NCBI GenBank assembly: GCA_052327205.1
Contig: CM126209.1
Span: forward strand, 205,964,001 to 206,028,000
Source of the DNA: Somniosus microcephalus
Taxonomy: Eukaryota
Direction: 5' to 3'
DNA: 64,000 bases
Part shown: positions 61,541 to 64,000 of the stretch, in pieces
Position numbering within the stretch: position 1 is the first letter of the stretch
Layout: every line of letters starts with the position of its first letter
Notes under the pieces: model-generated
Databases searched by the model: none
What the model saw: only the letters and a program-made list of their open reading frames with translations
What the model was told of the DNA's origin: nothing
Made by a program: the position numbers and the translations under genes

Positions 61541-64000
61541 TGGTAACCATGAAACTATTGGATTGTCATTAAAAACCCATCTGGTTCACTAATGTCCTTT
61601 AGGGAAGGAAATCTGCCGGCCTTACCTGGTCTGGCCTATATGTGACTCCAGACCGACAGCAATGTGTTTGAATGTTAACTGCCCTCTGAAATGGCCTAGC
61701 AAGTCACTCAGTTGTATAAAACCGCTACGAAAAACAACAAGAATAAAACCGGATGGGCCACCCGACATCGAATTCGGCACCGGCTACAGAGACAGCAACG
61801 GCACACCCAGCCCAGTCAACCCTGCAAAGTCCTCCTCACTAACATCTGGGGACTTGTGCCAAAATTGGGAGAGTTGTCCCACAGACGAATCAAGCAACAG
61901 CCTAACATAGTCATACTCACAGAATCATACCTTTCAGCCAACATCCCAAACTCCACCATCACCATCTCTGGGTATGTCCAGTCCCACGGGCTGGACAGAC
62001 CCACCAGGGGTGAGGGCACAGTGGTATACAGTCGGGAAGGAGTGGCCCTGGGAGTCCTCAACATTGACCCATGAAGTCTCATGGCTTCAGGTCAAGCATG
62101 GGCAAAGAAACCTCCTGCTGATTGCCACCTACTGCCCTCCCTCAGCTGATGAATCAGTACTCCTCCATGTTGAACATCATTTGGAAGAAGCACTGAGAGT
62201 AGCAAGGGCACAGAATGTACTCTGGGTGAGGGACTTCAATGTCCATCACCAAGATTGGCTCGGTAGCACCACTACTGACTGAGCTGGCCGAGTCCTGAAG
62301 GACATAACTGCCAGTCTGGGCCTGCGACAGGTGGTGAGAGAACCAACACGAGGGAAAAACCTGCTTGACCTCATCCTCACCAAACTACCTGTCGCAGATG
62401 CATCTGTCCATGACAGCATTGGTAGCAGTGTCCACCGCACAGTCATTGTGGAGACGAAGTCCCATCTTCACACTGAGGACAACCTCCATCGTGTTGTGTG
62501 GCACTTCCACCGTGCTAATTGGGATAGATTCAGAACAGATCAAGCAGCTCAAAACTGGGCATCCATGAGTCGCTGTGGGCCATCAGCAGCAGCAGAATTG
62601 TATTCCACCACAATCTGTAACCTCATGGCCCGGCATATCTCTCATTCTACCATTGCCATCAAACCAGGGAACCAACCCTGGTTCAATAAAGAGTGTAGAA
62701 GCGCATGCCAGGAGCAGCACCAGGCGTACCTAAAAATGAGGTGCCAATTTGGGGAAGCTGCAACACAGGACTACCGGCATGCTAAAACGTGGAAGCAGCA
62801 TGTTGTAGATAGGGCTAAGCGATCCCACAATTAATGGATCAGATCAAAGCTCTGCAGTCCTGCCACATCCAGTCGTGAATGGTGGTGGACCATTAAACAA
62901 CTAACAGGAGGAGGAGGCTCCATGAATATCCCCATCCTCAATGATGGTGGAGCCCAGCACGTGAGTGCAAAAGACAAGGCTGAAGCATTTGCAACCATCT
63001 TCAGCCAGAAGTGCCAAGTGGATGTTCCATATTGGCCTATTCCTGAGGACCCCACCATCACAGAAGCCAGTCTTCAGCCAATTCGATTCACTCCACGTGA
63101 TATCAAGTAACGGCTGAGCGCACTGGATACAGCAAAGGCTACGCGCCCCGACAACATCCTGGCTATGGGGCTGAAGACCTGTGCTCCAGAACTAGCTGTG
63201 CCTCTTGCCAAGCTGTTCCAGTACAGCTACAACACTGGCATCTACCCGACAATGTGGAGAACTGCCCAGGTATGCCCTGTCCACAAAAAGCAGGACAAAT
63301 CCAACCCAGCCAATTACAGCCCCATCAGTCTAGTCTCAATCATTATCAAAGTGATGGAAGGTGTCATCGACAGTGCTATCAAGCGGCACTTATTCACCAA
63401 TAGCCTGCTCATGGATGCCCAGTTTGGGTTCTGCCAAGATCACTCGGCTCCTGACCTCATTACAACCTTGGTCCAAACATGGACAAAGGAGCTGAATTTC
63501 AGAAGTGAGGTGAGAGTGACTGCCCTTGACATCAAAGCAGCATTTGACCGAGTGTGGCATCAAGGAGCCCTAGTAAAATTGAAGTCAATGGGAATCGGGG
63601 GGAAAACTCTCCACTGGCTGGAGTCATACCTAGTACAAAGAAAGATGGTTGTGGTGGTTGAAGGTCAATCATCACAGCCCCAGGACATCGCGGCAGGAGT
63701 TCCTCAGGGCAGTGTCCTAGGCCCAACCATCCTCAGCTGTTTCATCAATGATCTTCCCTCCAACATAAGGTCAGAAATGGGGATGTTCACTGATGACTGC
63801 AGTGTTCAGCGCCATTCACAACTCCTCAGATAATGAAGCAGTCCATGCCCGGATGCAACAAGACCTGGACGATGTTCAGGCTTGGGCTGATAAGTGGCAG
63901 GTAACATTCGTGCCACAGAAGTGCCAGGCAATGACCATCTACAACAAGCGAGAGTCTAACCACCTCCCCTTGACATTCAATCGTATTACCATCACTGAAT
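61541..64000 (+). mobile_element. Single-ORF CR1-group LINE (APE-RT), decayed, running off the window
   Basis: TNIWGL..K, ILTES, DFN, PTRGKNLLDLILT, ALDIKAAFDRVWH, GVPQGSVLGP and FTDD occur across broken ORFs 61712-63833. There is no ORF1 between the SINE-like leader and the APE domain. Confidence 0.88.

Overview
This is eukaryotic, vertebrate DNA. The repeat complement (HER1-like CR1 LINEs with (TTCTATG)n tails, Deu-type SINE head, Penelope-type 3' repeats) points to a cartilaginous fish, which is an inference. No host protein-coding gene can be established, and the window is a heavily nested transposon landscape. It holds three full-length Mag-clade Ty3/Gypsy copies, a nested GC-rich CsRN1-type Gypsy and two internally deleted non-autonomous LTR elements. 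It also holds a 1.5-kb solo LTR, at least five large CR1 LINE copies (one with an uninterrupted 969-aa ORF2), RTE, Vingi and L2 fragments, and a single-ORF LINE with a SINE-like tRNA head. PIF/Harbinger elements and MITEs are common, including a spliced three-exon Myb/SANT gene. The main candidate novelty is at the CR1 ORF1/ORF2 junction. Two divergent CR1 copies carry the canonical -1 frameshift heptamer U_UUA_AAC directly before the ORF1 stop and a third carries a one-base variant. In all three the -1 frame runs open into ORF2 and a G-rich tract follows, suggesting ORF1-ORF2 fusion by programmed ribosomal frameshifting. Two other strong leads are an LTR element whose PBS position is a perfect antisense copy of its own poly(A)-signal region (tRNA-independent priming or poly(A) occlusion) and a LINE fused to a Pol III SINE-like 5' end.
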